From assembly GCA_951406725.2 (NCBI GenBank), contig OX597814.1:142414001-142478000 (forward strand): a stretch of DNA of 64,000 nucleotides, written 5' to 3'. Below, one piece after another: positions 1 to 12,895 of this stretch (the stretch's first letter is position 1; the number at the start of each line of letters is the position of its first letter). The stretch comes from Octopus vulgaris (taxonomy: Eukaryota). The notes beneath the pieces were generated by a model, which worked only from the letters and a program-made list of their open reading frames with translations, ran no database searches and had not been told where the DNA came from. The position numbers and the translations under genes are program-made.

Positions 1-349
1 TTCCTAACTACTCCCACATTTTGCGGTGCAGTGTAACCAAAACCGGGTATCTTATAGTCGTGAGTCATATCGAGCCCTTCTGGGTATTAGCGCGCGTCTA
101 CGATGAGTCTACGATTTAAAAAAATTTACCATCATATTTTTCCATTTTAATGGATTTTTTTCGCTATTATATAAGGGAAGTAACTCTCTAAAAATATCTA
201 CGATGTGTCAACGATTTAAAAAGAAATTTACCTTAATTTGTTTTCCATTTTTAATGCATTTTTTTGCTATTTTTTGGCTATAACTCTCTAAAAATGCTTA
301 TATAGTTATTTCCCTTACAAACCCGAGCAACGCCGGGCGATACTGCTAG
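1..349 (+). mobile_element. Non-autonomous Helitron (family H1), 5' part outside window
   Basis: Ends in GC hairpin CCCGagcaacgcCGGG, then CTAG (346-349), then T. Reverse complement closely matches 7668-8050. Confidence 0.8.
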
Positions 350-2074
350 TATAGACTAAAATCCAGCAATAGCTGGGAAGTTAGCCCATCGACAAACCGG
401 CATCCCGTTCAGGGAAGGGGGTTTGTAATCTCAATCATACGTCACGGAAACCCGCTTAAGCACCTTGTCTTATGCGTCATGGAGCTTATGACGAATCTAA
501 GTCAGGATGGGTGCCAAAATTAGACATTTTTATTTGCTCCTAGAAAATGGCGAAGGTGAATTATCAAATACGCCAGTGTACTAAGAATTGGGTGTCTTCA
601 GTCAACATATATAACAGCAGAAAAATGTTAGAGAACACTTGATTTCAGCCTCTTTCAATCGTATACACTTTGGTAAATAAATAATTCTCATCAACCCCAT
701 ACGTTTAAAAAAAAACCCTTTAATGAACTCCATTCAAAATTTGACACTTTTCTTGAAAAACAACATTCCTCGTTTGTTTTTTCTTGCACTAAATATTGTA
801 CTGTGGCTATGATGCTGCTCAAGATTTATTGTTTAATAACATATTCTTGAACAGCTAACATTTCATTAAAATGTTTGAAATTAAAAGGGTTATGTACGTG
901 AGTATTTCGGAATTATATCGGGACAGATCGAATTGGAACTTCTAATAAAAAGATTCGTGGAACTGTTCACAGACTAGGGCATTAATCTTGTTTCCAAACA
1001 TGATTCCATAGAATTAAGTTAATGATAAAACCAAAATCTTACTTGATTGGGAGTTAGTCTAGATTCATAAGCTGTAACAGCCCACATACTGATTGAATAA
1101 AGATTAAACATTGGTTATATAGGACTTTGGAAACGTGTCATTCAGTAAAAAAATATTCACAAATTTTCATTCGACACAAGAAACTTTGATATAGATATGT
1201 TCCAAGTGAAGATATAATAACCATGCTATATACAAATAAAAGCTATATCCAAATCCTTGGATACATTTTACAACATAGAGCATGCTGTCTCTCTTCTCTC
1301 TTTCCCCTTCTCTCTTTCTCTCTCTCTCTCTCTCCGTCACACGCGCGCGTACACGGAAAGTTTGGTAAAAGTTCGGGTATGAATTTGATTCCAAACATTA
1401 TTATTCATTACCCTAAGAAAGATAAAAGAGATCAAAGTAATAAGCTGCTTATCTACATATACGCATAAAGATGATATACGAAAGTATGTATATCTTTGTA
1501 TACATATATGCATACAAAAATATCAGTACATAAAAGGAAACATATATATATATATGGAAATATATGCAATTTTAAAGCGTTGGAGATGCAATTATACACT
1601 AAGCTTCCTAGAGTATCTGAGACCATTAAAAAAGGAGATCGTTCTGCTGGACACCGGCAGAGAAATAAAGAGAAACTGGTTAGTGATACTATGTTTTACT
1701 ATATATCAGCATGGTCGAAGACGAATTGGTGCCCTGCAAAAATATATGTCGATATGATGCCATTGGATACCACTGAAAGGAGCTATCACTTGTCACGGAA
1801 GATAGCAATTGGTGGAGGATCGGGATCATGCGAAAATGAGCACGGGCTGGAGCAGATTATGGCGAGAATGTGATATTTAGAACCAACCTAATTAGTAACA
1901 TCAAATATTTTAGAATTTATCTTGTAGCTGCTTCGAAGTCGCGTGGCCCAATTGTTAAGGTGGATATGGTTTAATCTAACATGGCTTCATCAGTGTTAAT
2001 TCCTTAAAGTTCATTCGATTAGATGTCACTAAATTAATTATTATTACTATGACTAAATCAGATCAAGGCGTCTC

Positions 2075-2285
2075 TATAGGTCGAGCTTGTTTCTTCTCAT
2101 TAAGCAGTCACAGATCCGGTACTACGGACATGTGGTCAGAATTTCACAGGATAGAATCGCAAGATGGATTCTTCAAGCTGAACCAACTGGCAGGAAACCT
2201 AGAGGTAGACCAAGAAAGAGATGGTTAGATAATACTCATAATCTCAATCGGTCAGGCTTTGGAATCAATCGTTGCTTCTGATAGG
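2075..2285 (+). pseudogene. RTE-type LINE 3' RT fragment
   Basis: QIRYYGHVVR...GRKPRGRPRKRWLD matches the RTE C-terminal LRWxGHVxR / RPRGRPxxRWxD motifs. Confidence 0.75.
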
Positions 2286-2619
2286 ATCGTGTGGATGAGG
2301 TGTCTGAGAACAGGGTGGGGAAGATGAATGGATGGATGACCTAATCAATGAAGAAAGAACATCAGCTATAACCAGGATCAGTGGAAGGAAAGTGAAGAAA
2401 AAAATTACAAATATAGGTGTACCGATCAAGGAATAAAGATCCCAGATTATCTCTTCTAAAACTGGAAACTGGAGACCACCTCGTTTCAATCCTTGCAATA
2501 CGGAAGACAAGGTTGGACGAAATCACCCAAGAGCCAACTAATGGAGGTTAAATAATGCCTCAGATTAGGTCTACCACCCACGTTGCATTTTCACTGGTCC
2601 CAGCATGGCATCACAAAGC

Positions 2620-3302
2620 AAACAAAAATTGCTGTGTACCGTTCATGTGTACTGACATCGATCTTTACTCATGTGAGTATTGGACCCTTTACAAACGTCA
2701 TGTAAGGGTCCTTGAACGCTTTCATCAGAGGTGTCTCAGCCACATTCTGAATGTTGGCTGGCCCTTAAAAACTCCAGACACACAGGTCCTGAGGACAGCT
2801 GATATTTTGAGTATTCAGGCGATGGTGCACAAACACCGTTTACGTTGGACTAGACACCTTATTAGAATGACAGATAGCAGGATCCCTAAGCAGATGCTAT
2901 ATGGGGAACTTGTGAATGGGAAGAAACTCCAGCAGAAACCAAGGCCGCGATTTAATGACTGTGTCAAGTCCTCATTAAAGGCCCGTGATATGCAGGAGAC
3001 TGATGGGAGAGCAATGCCTGTCATCGTCATAGATGGAGGAAGCAGGTTAAGGAGGGGGTCGACACCTTTGAGAGAGCAGATATTCTGCATGAAGAACTTA
3101 AGCGTGCTGCTCGAAAGCGCACTGCTGGTGTAGTGAATGGAGAAAGCTTGGTTTGCAATGTTTGCAGTCGTGTATGATTGTCAAGAACAGAGCTCATTAG
3201 CCACCGGCGGAGCCGCAAATGCAAAATATAAGTTAGTCCTAGAGCGCACAATGTTCCTGAAGGTCAGCAATGGTCTTCCTCGGTCACGAGTGGACGGCCA
3301 TC
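2620..3302 (+). pseudogene. RTE (BovB-like) LINE 3' fragment with degenerate C2H2 finger
   Basis: YSCEYWTLYKRHVRVLERFHQRCL, LRWTRHLIRMTDSRIPKQMLYGEL, then frameshifted CNVC...SHRR. Ends at a (TA)n(TG)n array. Confidence 0.85.
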
Positions 3303-3388
<86 letters not shown>

Positions 3389-3441
3389 ATATGTTTATAT
3401 ATATTATATATTTATATATGTGTGTATGTATTAATTACATA

Positions 3442-3602
3442 GGCGCATGAAGGGTTGTGTGGTAAACAGCTTGCTTACCAACCACATTGTTCCGGATTCT
3501 GTCCCACTGCATGGCACCTTGGGTAAGAGTCTTCTACTTTGGCCACGGACGGACCAAATCTTTATGAATGGATTTGGTAGACGGAAACTAAAAGAAGCAC
3601 GT

Positions 3603-3683
<81 letters not shown>

Positions 3684-3890
3684 TTATGTATCTGTGTTTG
3701 TCGCCCACTATCGTTTGACAACCGATGATGGTGTTTACGTCCCCGTAATATAGCTGTCCGGCAAAAGAAACCGATAGAATAAGTACTAGGCTTACAAAGA
3801 ATAAGTCCTGAGATTGATTCCTTCAACTGAAGTTGGTGCTGCAGCATGGCCGCAGTCAAATGACTGAAACAAAAAAGAAGAAAAGAATAA
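3442..3890 (+). mobile_element. SINE family A (tRNA-like head, internal (TA)n(TG)n, CR1-derived tail)
   Basis: tRNA-like head GGCGCA..GTGTGGTAA..GGATTCTGTCCC; tail GGTGCTGCAGCATGGCCGCAGTCAAATGACTGAAAC; many copies in window. Confidence 0.85.
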
Positions 3891-4055
3891 ATACATATTT
3901 TTAAATATATATATATATATATTATATTCATACATATGCATATATATACATATATACACTTATAAATCCATACATACATACACACACACACACATATATA
4001 GACACATTATTTTACATATAGGCATACACACAGAGGCACATATACACACTCACAC

Positions 4056-4118
<63 letters not shown>

Positions 4119-4130
4119 TGCACATACACA

Positions 4131-5900
4131 CAGAGTTAACTCCATACTGAATGCGAAGTCGAATTGTAGGAATTCAATTTGGTACGACTTTTTAGCGCAC
4201 GAAAATTGAAATCCTTCCTTCTCTGATGATCCGTTGGCTCATTAATCAGCTTGCTTTTTATCTGTCATCATGTGATACGATTCTGCAATTATTTATGAAT
4301 TTTCAAAATACATCTGGTATTATTGTTTTATATAAAATGTCACCAGTAAATATAGAAAGTATGAGAACTGCTTGTGCTGCAAGCGCTTCTGCTACAAAGA
4401 GAAAGAGACATATTTCTTTACGTTGGTGCAAAAATTTGATATATTCGAATGTCATTATATACGTTAGACATAGAGATCTTGACATACATAAATCGACAGC
4501 ACGAAATATAATTCAACTTGCAGCTGAAATAAAAGGAAAAGATAAATTAGCATCGGCGTTTTATTGTTTGCAAACAAATTCTAGATTTAGAAGCATTGAT
4601 AGAAATGGAACGTTTTTCTATTGCGTGAACTGAGGATTGTAATACAAATATATTCCCCCATCCAAAGATTGCTACGCGAGCAAAAGCTTTGAGTATATAT
4701 TTACCGTTGTGAAAAATAACAGTATTCAAACCAAGTGTGTCTGGTTTTAGCAATTTAAGAATAGAACTCAGCTACGTAATGAAAACATCCGTGGAAAATC
4801 AGCCGGTGCTAATAAAGAAGGTACAACAAAGTACTCTGCTTTATCTAAAGGAAATAATTGCAAAGAAGTACAGGGAACAACAGATGGTTAACGCGAAAGA
4901 AGCCGAAATATTTCAGTAAAGAGTGCCTTCAAGATGTTTCTAAAAATGAAAAATCTCAACCAAGATTTGAAGTTTGTAAGGATCGTCTGACTGTCATTTG
5001 GAAGAAATGCAGATGGAGATTCCAGTTTTTAAAAGAAATGGTTGTATATCGTACACTAAAAGATACAAACATTCTCTCTCTATATATATTTCTATATATT
5101 TTTGGCCAGCCGATGTAGAAGGTTAGCGAAAAGCTGTCTTTCGACCGCCAAATACGTCTTTAGTACAACCAACGGAGCAAGAATTAATTACGTATAAATT
5201 CTTCTACCTAAGACGAAGGTTTGAAGACTGCGCTCAAATAACAAGCTATAATGCAATTTCTTTGGTTGACTTCTGTAAGAAATATATCAGAAATAATATT
5301 AATATTTACCATACTTAAGAGAAAATAAATTCAAGCAGCACTCGTGAAGTACGGATATTATTATTGCTACCTCATTGCATAAATGATTTAGAATAATCTA
5401 AATTTTTCAAGCAATATCTAATACTAGAAGAATCCTGTATTACATGTTGCTGAAAAAATTACACGCTTTGAAAAACAGATTGGTTTTGATGAAGTTAGTT
5501 CTACAAATATTCATTAATTGCTCGTGTATAACAGAAGTATTATCTGATGTTGACTGACTTTCTTTAGATAAAGAGGAACAAAATTATAAAGAAAATGCCA
5601 GTGGGCAAATTTAGCAGTTCTCTATCAAGAAATATGAAAATACAAATAGAAATGTACAAATATTAAACGAAATGATCATAAATGCCGATTCCAAAATCAA
5701 AAGAAACGCGCAAGTCAGCTGAAATGTTGACAAAGTTGTCCTAACCTACAAACGTTTATTTGAGAATTTAAAGAAATAGAAGTTGATGCAGTACTACTCT
5801 GTTTATTGTTTTCTCTTTGTTGGAAGCCATTCTTAATAAAGTGGCAAGTACCCAGAAATTAAATAAGCCTTAAGCAACCTTTTAGTTTGTTGGAAATTAC
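4131..5900 (+). pseudogene. Decayed pogo/Tigger-like DNA transposase
   Basis: N-terminal KRKRHISL...KSTARNII resembles an HTH region; KDRLTV (~4980) resembles the Tigger KDRLTL motif. Many stops and frameshifts; boundaries approximate. Confidence 0.6.
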
Positions 5901-6282
5901 AAAAGAAAAAATAAATAATGAAAAGCTGTCAATTAAACCATGAAACAACGAGCAGAAGAGTTAAAAGAATTAAGATTATATCTATCAAGGAAACGAGTAG
6001 TAAGAGAATTCCATAAAACAGATGTTCGAAGAAAATAGCTAGAAGAGTAGAAACACTTCTTACAAGATAGGACAACAACAATGAAAGATAAGAATTAAGA
6101 GAAAGACCACTGACTCGAATAATAACCTTGAGAGAAGGAACAAGACAAGAAATGTTGGCAGAGCAACGAAATATTTATAGAATAAAGATAGATGTAGTGT
6201 ACCGACATTGAGAGAAAGGCTGAAGTTTGGCTGCCTAAACAGGAACGACAAGGTTAGAAAATTGCTTTTGAACTCAATCAAG

Positions 6283-6455
6283 GAAAACTGGCAGAAACGT
6301 TACCACGCCTGGAAAAATGCTTAGCAGTATTTCGTCCGTCCTTACGCTTCGTGTTCAAATTCCGCCGAGGTTGAATTTACCTTTCATTCTTACAGAGTTG
6401 ATAAAATAGAGTACCAGCTGAGCCCTGGGGTCGATGTAATCAACTTAATCACTCC
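6283..6455 (+). mobile_element. SINE family B (Meta/Sauria-like central domain), degenerate
   Basis: CTGGCAGAAACGTT...GTTCAAATTCCGCCGAGGT..CCTTTCAT...GATAAAATAGAGTACC, matching the 12510 copy. Confidence 0.75.
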
Positions 6456-6653
6456 CGGATAAGAGTATAGAAAACTGCACAAGCCATGTAAAACCAGTGG
6501 AGCAGAGTAGGCTCATCAAATGGCTGTATATAGAACGTTGACCCTCTTAAATTTCTTTCCTACAGAAGTCTTTTCCTGTAGCTGTCAACTTTCTAGAATA
6601 TGTTATATAGTATATATATTATATACATCGTCGATTTTCTATATTATATAATT

Positions 6654-7298
6654 CTAGCGTGACCCGTGAATATTTCACGGAATTAATGGTAACCCTATTG
6701 GTTTATTTCTGAAAACTTTATCCAAAATAACCTGAAAGTGTAGCTTGTTTTGTATCCGTATGGAAAGACAGTCGCTCATCTGCTACTCATTGAAAAGTGA
6801 AAGAAATTGGAATACGATGATTACTTAATGCACTTTATATATACACTTTATATATACACTTTATATATTTTACGCACGCTTCTATAGACTTGATGCACAG
6901 CACAAATATTTACTCTTATTTTCCTATTTTTCCATAAACAAAAACAAAAATTTATCCTACATACGATACACCCTTTAGTTAAACTGCATATATTTTCCAC
7001 TTTAATAAGCGTCAGTATTTCACAAAATTGCACTTATGCGCGTGCGTTAAGTGATAGGTGGTATAAAAAACTTTGTTCAATTAAAAAAAAATACACTTTT
7101 CACTATCCAATCACCACCACCTCCACCACCACCACCATTATCGTCTCTTTTCCCCTCCCTCCTCTCTCTCCCCTCTTTCTCTCCCTCCTCTCTCTTCTCT
7201 CTCTCTTCCCCTTCTCTCTGCCTTTCTTTAACCTCACTATCGGAACATCACCCCACTGCTAAAATTATTGCATTCCCTCTACTTCATATCATGGACGC

Positions 7299-7342
<44 letters not shown>

Positions 7343-7584
7343 ATCTCACTCCGTCTTTTTTTCTCTCTCTCTCTCTTTCTTTCTCCCTCTTTGTCTCACT
7401 CTTCGTTTTATTCTCTTTTTCTCTCTCCCTTTTCTTTCTCCTCTATTTCCTTGAAAACGCTACAATTACATTCCCTCTACCTCCTGTTATGGACGCTTCT
7501 CTCTCCCTCTTTTTCTCTAAACACGTAAAAGCGTTACCGACAGGCTAAGTAACGCAATGACAAGCGTTTGCTATATTATATAAT
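6654..7584 (-). mobile_element. Non-autonomous Helitron (family H2) with internal CT-rich tract
   Basis: CTAG at 6654-6657 next to hairpin CCGTGAA-TAT-TTCACGG (6664-6680). It interrupts the left TIR of the 6533-10530 element, which resumes near 7576-7585. Confidence 0.65.
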
Positions 7585-7615
7585 ATATTTCCTGGAGCAG
7601 TCGACTTGCTATTGC

Positions 7616-7667
<52 letters not shown>

Positions 7668-7668
<1 letters not shown>

Positions 7669-8047
7669 TAGCAGTATCGCCCGGCGTTGCTCGGGTTTGT
7701 AAGGGAAATAACTATATAAGCATTTTTAGAGATGTAAAGTATAATAGCCATCTCAATATGGCTAACCAAAAAGGGGGGGTGTTACTGTAGCTTTTTACGT
7801 TCTGAGATTTAATAATAAATTTTTAGAGAGTTACTTCCCTTATATATGCCAAAAATGCATTAAAAATGGGAAAAATTGATGGTAATTTTTTTTTTAAATC
7901 GTAGACTCATCGTAGACGCGCGCTAATACCCAGAAGGGCTCGATATGAATCACGACTATAAGATACCCGGTTTTGGTTAAACTGCACCGCAAATTGTGGG
8001 AGTAGTTAGGAATCTAAATCGTAGGAGACAGACACCACACAACCTCA

Positions 8048-8060
<13 letters not shown>
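7668..8060 (-). mobile_element. Non-autonomous Helitron (family H1)
   Basis: CTAG end plus hairpin; inverted copy of 1-349; flanked by (TA)n on both sides. Confidence 0.8.
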
Positions 8061-8106
<46 letters not shown>

Positions 8107-9937
8107 CCTAAAGCCATCAACTTACTAGTATATCCTGTATATTAGTATATACTATATACGTGCAGTGGACTGAGCATAGGCTATCCAATGCAGGCCAAGG
8201 AGAAAAAGAACACCAACAGAGGCATCAGCTCTATATGAGGACTAACTAAAAGATTTATATAAATGAAGAATACAGTTGGAGATGAGATAATGTCGAGCTT
8301 GAAACAGAATAACTATTCATTCGAAAACATTTTTTTAAATAATGATGTATGCAATATTATCCACGTATTTTAATTTTGCTACGTAAATAATTCGGATTCG
8401 CCTTCATTTTCACATTGATCTGTATAATTATGTTTTTCGTAAGTTTAATATTTCGTTTGTCCAGTAAAAAACTTCATTTGCTGTATTATTTATAATGTAC
8501 CTGATAAAAACAGAAGATAATCACTGAGGGGACGGTAGCAATGAAAACATGAAACGTGAAACTGAAACGACAACGCGGAAAATTAATAGGCGAAACTGCT
8601 CGTAAATTAGCTTCGTAATTTGTTTTCTTGAATCAAAAATTGTAATGACTTTGTAATTTGAAAATAATGAACGATTTCTAATCATTAATTCGGTAAATCA
8701 CCTGAAAAGTGAAGAATTTTTAATTACAAATATTTTCTACTACTGTAATTTGAATTGAATATGCAAGCGAAGCAGATAAGAAAGAGTACTTTTGTTTCCT
8801 CGTTTCCTTTACAGCTTTCACTTTACTTTGAAATTCGCTTCTACATGCTTAAGACCGTCATATCTGGATATGAAGGATATCTGAAATAAAATGTAGTATA
8901 AATATATATTTATTGCTTTGGGGTATCTATTTAAACTCTTAAAAATCATGGCAACTGGGTGATTTTTTTATTCCTCATCCCCACGGCCTTAGGAAAGCAA
9001 AAGTGCTTCCTGTGTCGGAAATAATGGTGTTTCTGCGTTTTGTTTTAGATGAAAAGTGAATGCTATATTTATTTTTTATTTTATTGTTCAATAGTTGTTC
9101 AAACCTTTCGTTAATTATTACAAATGTTAAATAGAGGCAATATCTTTAAGTAATAGTTCAAATCCATGATTACGAAAGACAACGCTACATAAAGTCGATT
9201 AAATAAAGTTTGTGTGCGATGGCCACCAACGACTCGTTTATATCCTGTTTTTGGAAATTGCGCATGCATTCAACAAGGTTTATCGGTGCATGCGAACCTG
9301 GATCAACAGAATTCAGAGAATGATTGAACGCGAACCAATTTGATTGATGGCTGGTTGTGTGGACGTAAAAAGAATGTCGTTCCTAGGAAAAAATTATGTT
9401 GCATTGCATCTTATGGTGTTTCAGTTGTTTTAAAGTCTATTGCAGTAAAAACGAAAGAAACACTTTTATAGAACCAATGAGTTTTCGTGAAATTGCCAAC
9501 ATTGCGATTATGTTTAACAAATCTGCTCTCATCAACTCGAACGGTGATTTGAATTATATTTTGAATCAATTACTCTGCGCATATATCACAACGATACTTA
9601 TTCCATTTCGCTGCAGTCTTTCATGTCAGTTTACATTCAAATGCTATTGCTTCATGCTTTCCATCTCATACGCCCAGCAACACACGATACTGATGACTTG
9701 CACAAGAGATAGTTCACCTTCGAAAAAGAAACTTTTGTGACTATGACCTTCGCAGTTACTCCAGAGGCGGCGAGATTGATACCGTTAACATTCCTTTTGA
9801 GCAGGAATATAATAGAAAGTCGAGGGCTATAGGAAATATAAAAAAGAAAATCGACAGCTACAAAAAATGTATATCATATAATAGAAAGTCGACCGCTACA
9901 GGAAATATATATTATATGATAAATTAATGGTTTTAGG

Positions 9938-9987
<50 letters not shown>

Positions 9988-9988
<1 letters not shown>

Positions 9989-10380
9989 TAGCAGTATCGC
10001 TCGGCGTTGCTCGGGTTTGTTTCGACCCTTTAAAATTGGAATTTTTGAAAAGTAAAAATTTTACATTATGTAGCTTGTTATTCTCTCTAAGTGAACATTT
10101 TTATGGTTGAAATACACCGAAAAATGGCAACACAGCAGTCAAAAATTCGTAAAAAATACGGGTTTTCATAGAAAAAAAAGCACTTTTTTTATGTAAATAA
10201 ATTTTGGTATTAACATGGTCCGATTTGAATTTTTTCTTCTACAGACGGAAGAGCAAGTCTTCTTCTATCATACTGTCAATTTTGGTCAACTTGCACCGCA
10301 GGGTCTCGGAGGAGTTAGTGTTAGTTGAAGGCTACCAAACCTGCCATACACAGACAACTTCAGCTTTATATATATATAGA
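9988..10380 (-). mobile_element. Non-autonomous Helitron (family H3)
   Basis: Minus strand reads A|TCTATATATATAAAGCTG...hairpin...CTAG|T: canonical 5'-TC, 3'-CTAG and AT target. Confidence 0.85.
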
Positions 10381-10821
10381 TATAGTATACAATAGCAAGT
10401 CGACTGCTCCAGGAAATATATTATATAATGTAGCCAATCGACGGCATATATAATATACAACATATACTTGCAAATTGACAGCTACAGGAAAAAAACTTTT
10501 GTAGGAAAAGATTTTAGTGGATCAACGTTCATTAGGGAAACGACTAAGTACAGTGTTTAGTGCAAATGGTGAGCAGTAGACATAGTATATTGGTGGAAGG
10601 AGGGGGAAGGACGAGTTAATCGATATTACCTGAGCGGAGGTGACACATGATAAATCACTGTAGCAACGAGAGAGAAAACAGAAAGGGAGGACACACACCA
10701 TGTCTCTGGTCCAAAAGTCTGGCGATTTCAAGCTAGCCAGTCGAGTGACCTTTGAATGCCGTCTAGTAGCTGTGTTCTGTATGTATGTGTGTGTGTCTTC
10801 GTGTGCGTGTTTGTGAGTGTG

Positions 10822-10842
10822 CAGTAGTAGTAGTAGTAGTAA

Positions 10843-10874
<32 letters not shown>

Positions 10875-10877
10875 TAA

Positions 10878-10916
<39 letters not shown>

Positions 10917-10939
10917 TAGTAGTAGTGATGGCGGTTGTG

Positions 10940-10979
<40 letters not shown>

Positions 10980-11270
10980 CAGTAGTAGTAGTAGTAGTAG
11001 TAGTAGTGATGGTGGTGGTAGTAGTAGTAGTTGTAGTAGTAGTAGTGATGGTTGTGGTAGTAGTAGTAGTAGTAGTAGTAGTGATGGCGGTTGTGGTAGT
11101 AGTAGTAGTAGTAGTAGTAGTGATGGTGGTGGTAGTAGTAGTAGTAGTAGTAGGAGGAGGAGGAGGAGGAAAAGGTGGTGGTGGAGGAGTAGCAGCAGCA
11201 GTAGCAGTAGTAGTAGTAGTAGTAATAGTAGTTTTAGTAGTAGTAGTAGTAGTAGTAGTAGTTGCTGTTG
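10822..11270. repeat. Compound (AGT)n/(AGC)n/(GGT)n trinucleotide microsatellite
   Basis: Direct reading; recurrent GTGATGGCGGTTGTG interruptions. Confidence 0.95.
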
Positions 11271-11618
11271 TTCTGGCCTACATTTGGAAGCAATGCTCCA
11301 TTGTGGGATCACAAAAGTGAGATTAGGAGATGTTTGCCAAGTGGTGGGTGATGTGGAGGGTAGCGAGATAAAGTCGTTATAATGAATTAAAATTGTTAAA
11401 AGTAAGACTATTAAGGCATTATTATATAATAACTATTTAAATATTTCCTTTCCATTCCTTTCCTTTTATTATTTCCTTGTAGGTAGTAATTTGTGCCGAG
11501 GAACATCACATGATGCAAACACGCATGAAAAAAAGACGAAAAATTTAATAACACATATATATAATTATAATAAAATATATAATTATTAATAATGCGTGTT
11601 AATAATTAGATATATATA

Positions 11619-11765
11619 GGCGTAGGAGTGACTGTGTGGTAAGTAGCCTGCTTACGAACCACATGGTTCTGTGTGGCACCTTGGGCAAGTCTCTTCCACT
11701 ATAGCCTCGGGCCGACCAAAGCCTTGTGAGTGGATTTTGTAGACGGAAACTGAAGGAAGCCCGTC

Positions 11766-11836
<71 letters not shown>

Positions 11837-12081
11837 TGTGTTTGTGTTTGTGTGTGTGTGTGTTTGTGTGTCTGTGTTTATCCACCAACATCGCTTGACA
11901 ACCGATGCTGGTGTGTTTACGTCCCCGTAATTTAGCGGTTCAGCAAAATAGACCGATAGAATAAGTACTAGGCTTACAAAGAATAAGTCCTGGGGTTGAT
12001 TTTCTCAACTAAAGGCGGTGCTCCAGCATGGCCGCAATCAAATGACTGAAACAAGAATAAAAGGGTAAAAGAGTAAAAGAG
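11619..12081 (+). mobile_element. SINE family A, near full length
   Basis: GGCGTAGGAGTGACTGTGTGGTAAG head, internal (TA)n(TG)n, tail GGCGGTGCTCCAGCATGGCCGCAATCAAATGACTGAAAC. Confidence 0.9.
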
Positions 12082-12139
12082 ATATACATACAAATATGTG
12101 TGTGCGTGTGTGTGTGAATACGTGTGTATCGAGGAGTGA

Positions 12140-12476
12140 GTGCTCGTGGCTTAGTGGTTAGGGTATTCGGCTCACAATTATAAGGTCATGAGTTCGATTC
12201 ACATCGGCATGTTATGTCCTTGAACAAGACACTTTATTTCACGTTGATCCAGTTCACTCACCTGGCAAAAATGACTAGTACCTGTATTTCAAAGGGCTAG
12301 CCTTATCACGCAGATGCTACTACTACTACTACTACTACAACTATTGCTACCAGCTGAGTGGACTGGAGCAACGGGAAATAAAGTGTCTTGCTCAAGGACA
12401 CAATGCGTCACCAGGAATCGAACTCATGACCTTACGATTGTGAGCCGAGTACCCAAGCCTCGAAGCCACGCGCCTT
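12140..12476. mobile_element. Two SINE family C (CORE-like) fragments, tail-to-tail (12140-12310 +, 12350-12476 -)
   Basis: TGGCTTAGTGGTTAG / GTTCGATTC A- and B-boxes followed by CCTTGAACAAGACACTTTATTTCACGTTG. Confidence 0.8.
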
Positions 12477-12509
12477 GACGAACCTCTGCATTTATTTACC
12501 AATGAGATA

Positions 12510-12895
12510 AAGCGGCGAGCTGGCAGAAACGTTAGCACGCCGGGCGAAATGCGTAGCCGTATTTCGTCTGCCGTTACGTTCTGAGTTCAAATTCCGCCGA
12601 GGTCGACTTTGCCTTTCATCCTTTCGGGGTCGATTAAATAAGTACCAGTTACACACTGGGGTCGATATAATCGACTTAATCCGCTTATCTGTCCTTGTTT
12701 GTCTACTCTGTGTTTAGCCTCTTGTGGGTAGTAAAGAAATAGGTATTTCGCTCGTCGCTATGTTCTGAGTTCAAACTCCGCCGAGGTCGACTTTGCCTTT
12801 CATCCTTTCGGGATCGATAAATTAAGTACCAGTGAAACACTGGGGTCGATGTAATCGACTAGTCCTCTCCTCACAAATTTTTTGTGCCTGCAGTA
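12510..12895 (+). mobile_element. SINE family B with internal tandem duplication
   Basis: GCGGCGAGCTGGCAGAAACGTTAGC head; GTTCAAA..CCGCCGAGGTCGACTTTGCCTTTCATCCTTTCGGG occurs twice. Confidence 0.9.

Larger units (their letters stand above)
6533..10530. mobile_element. Mutator/foldback-like element with long repetitive TIRs, interrupted by three Helitrons
   Basis: 6533-6650 plus 7576-7615 are the reverse complement of 10390-10530 (GAACGTTGA termini). Tandem subterminal units GTCGAcagctaCAGGAAA at 9800-9915. Minus strand 8870-9500 shows ordered, frameshifted MULE-like peptides (IDF, ALSFV, PLFP, HP). No clear TSD. Confidence 0.65.

Noticed and set aside
1496-1873. 125-aa ORF
   Set aside because: No recognisable motif; possibly a decayed transposon fragment but cannot be assigned.
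6639-7584. 14-bp direct repeat CTATATTATATAAT as a TSD
   Set aside because: Low-complexity, and better explained by resemblance between a Helitron 5' end and the TA-rich target.
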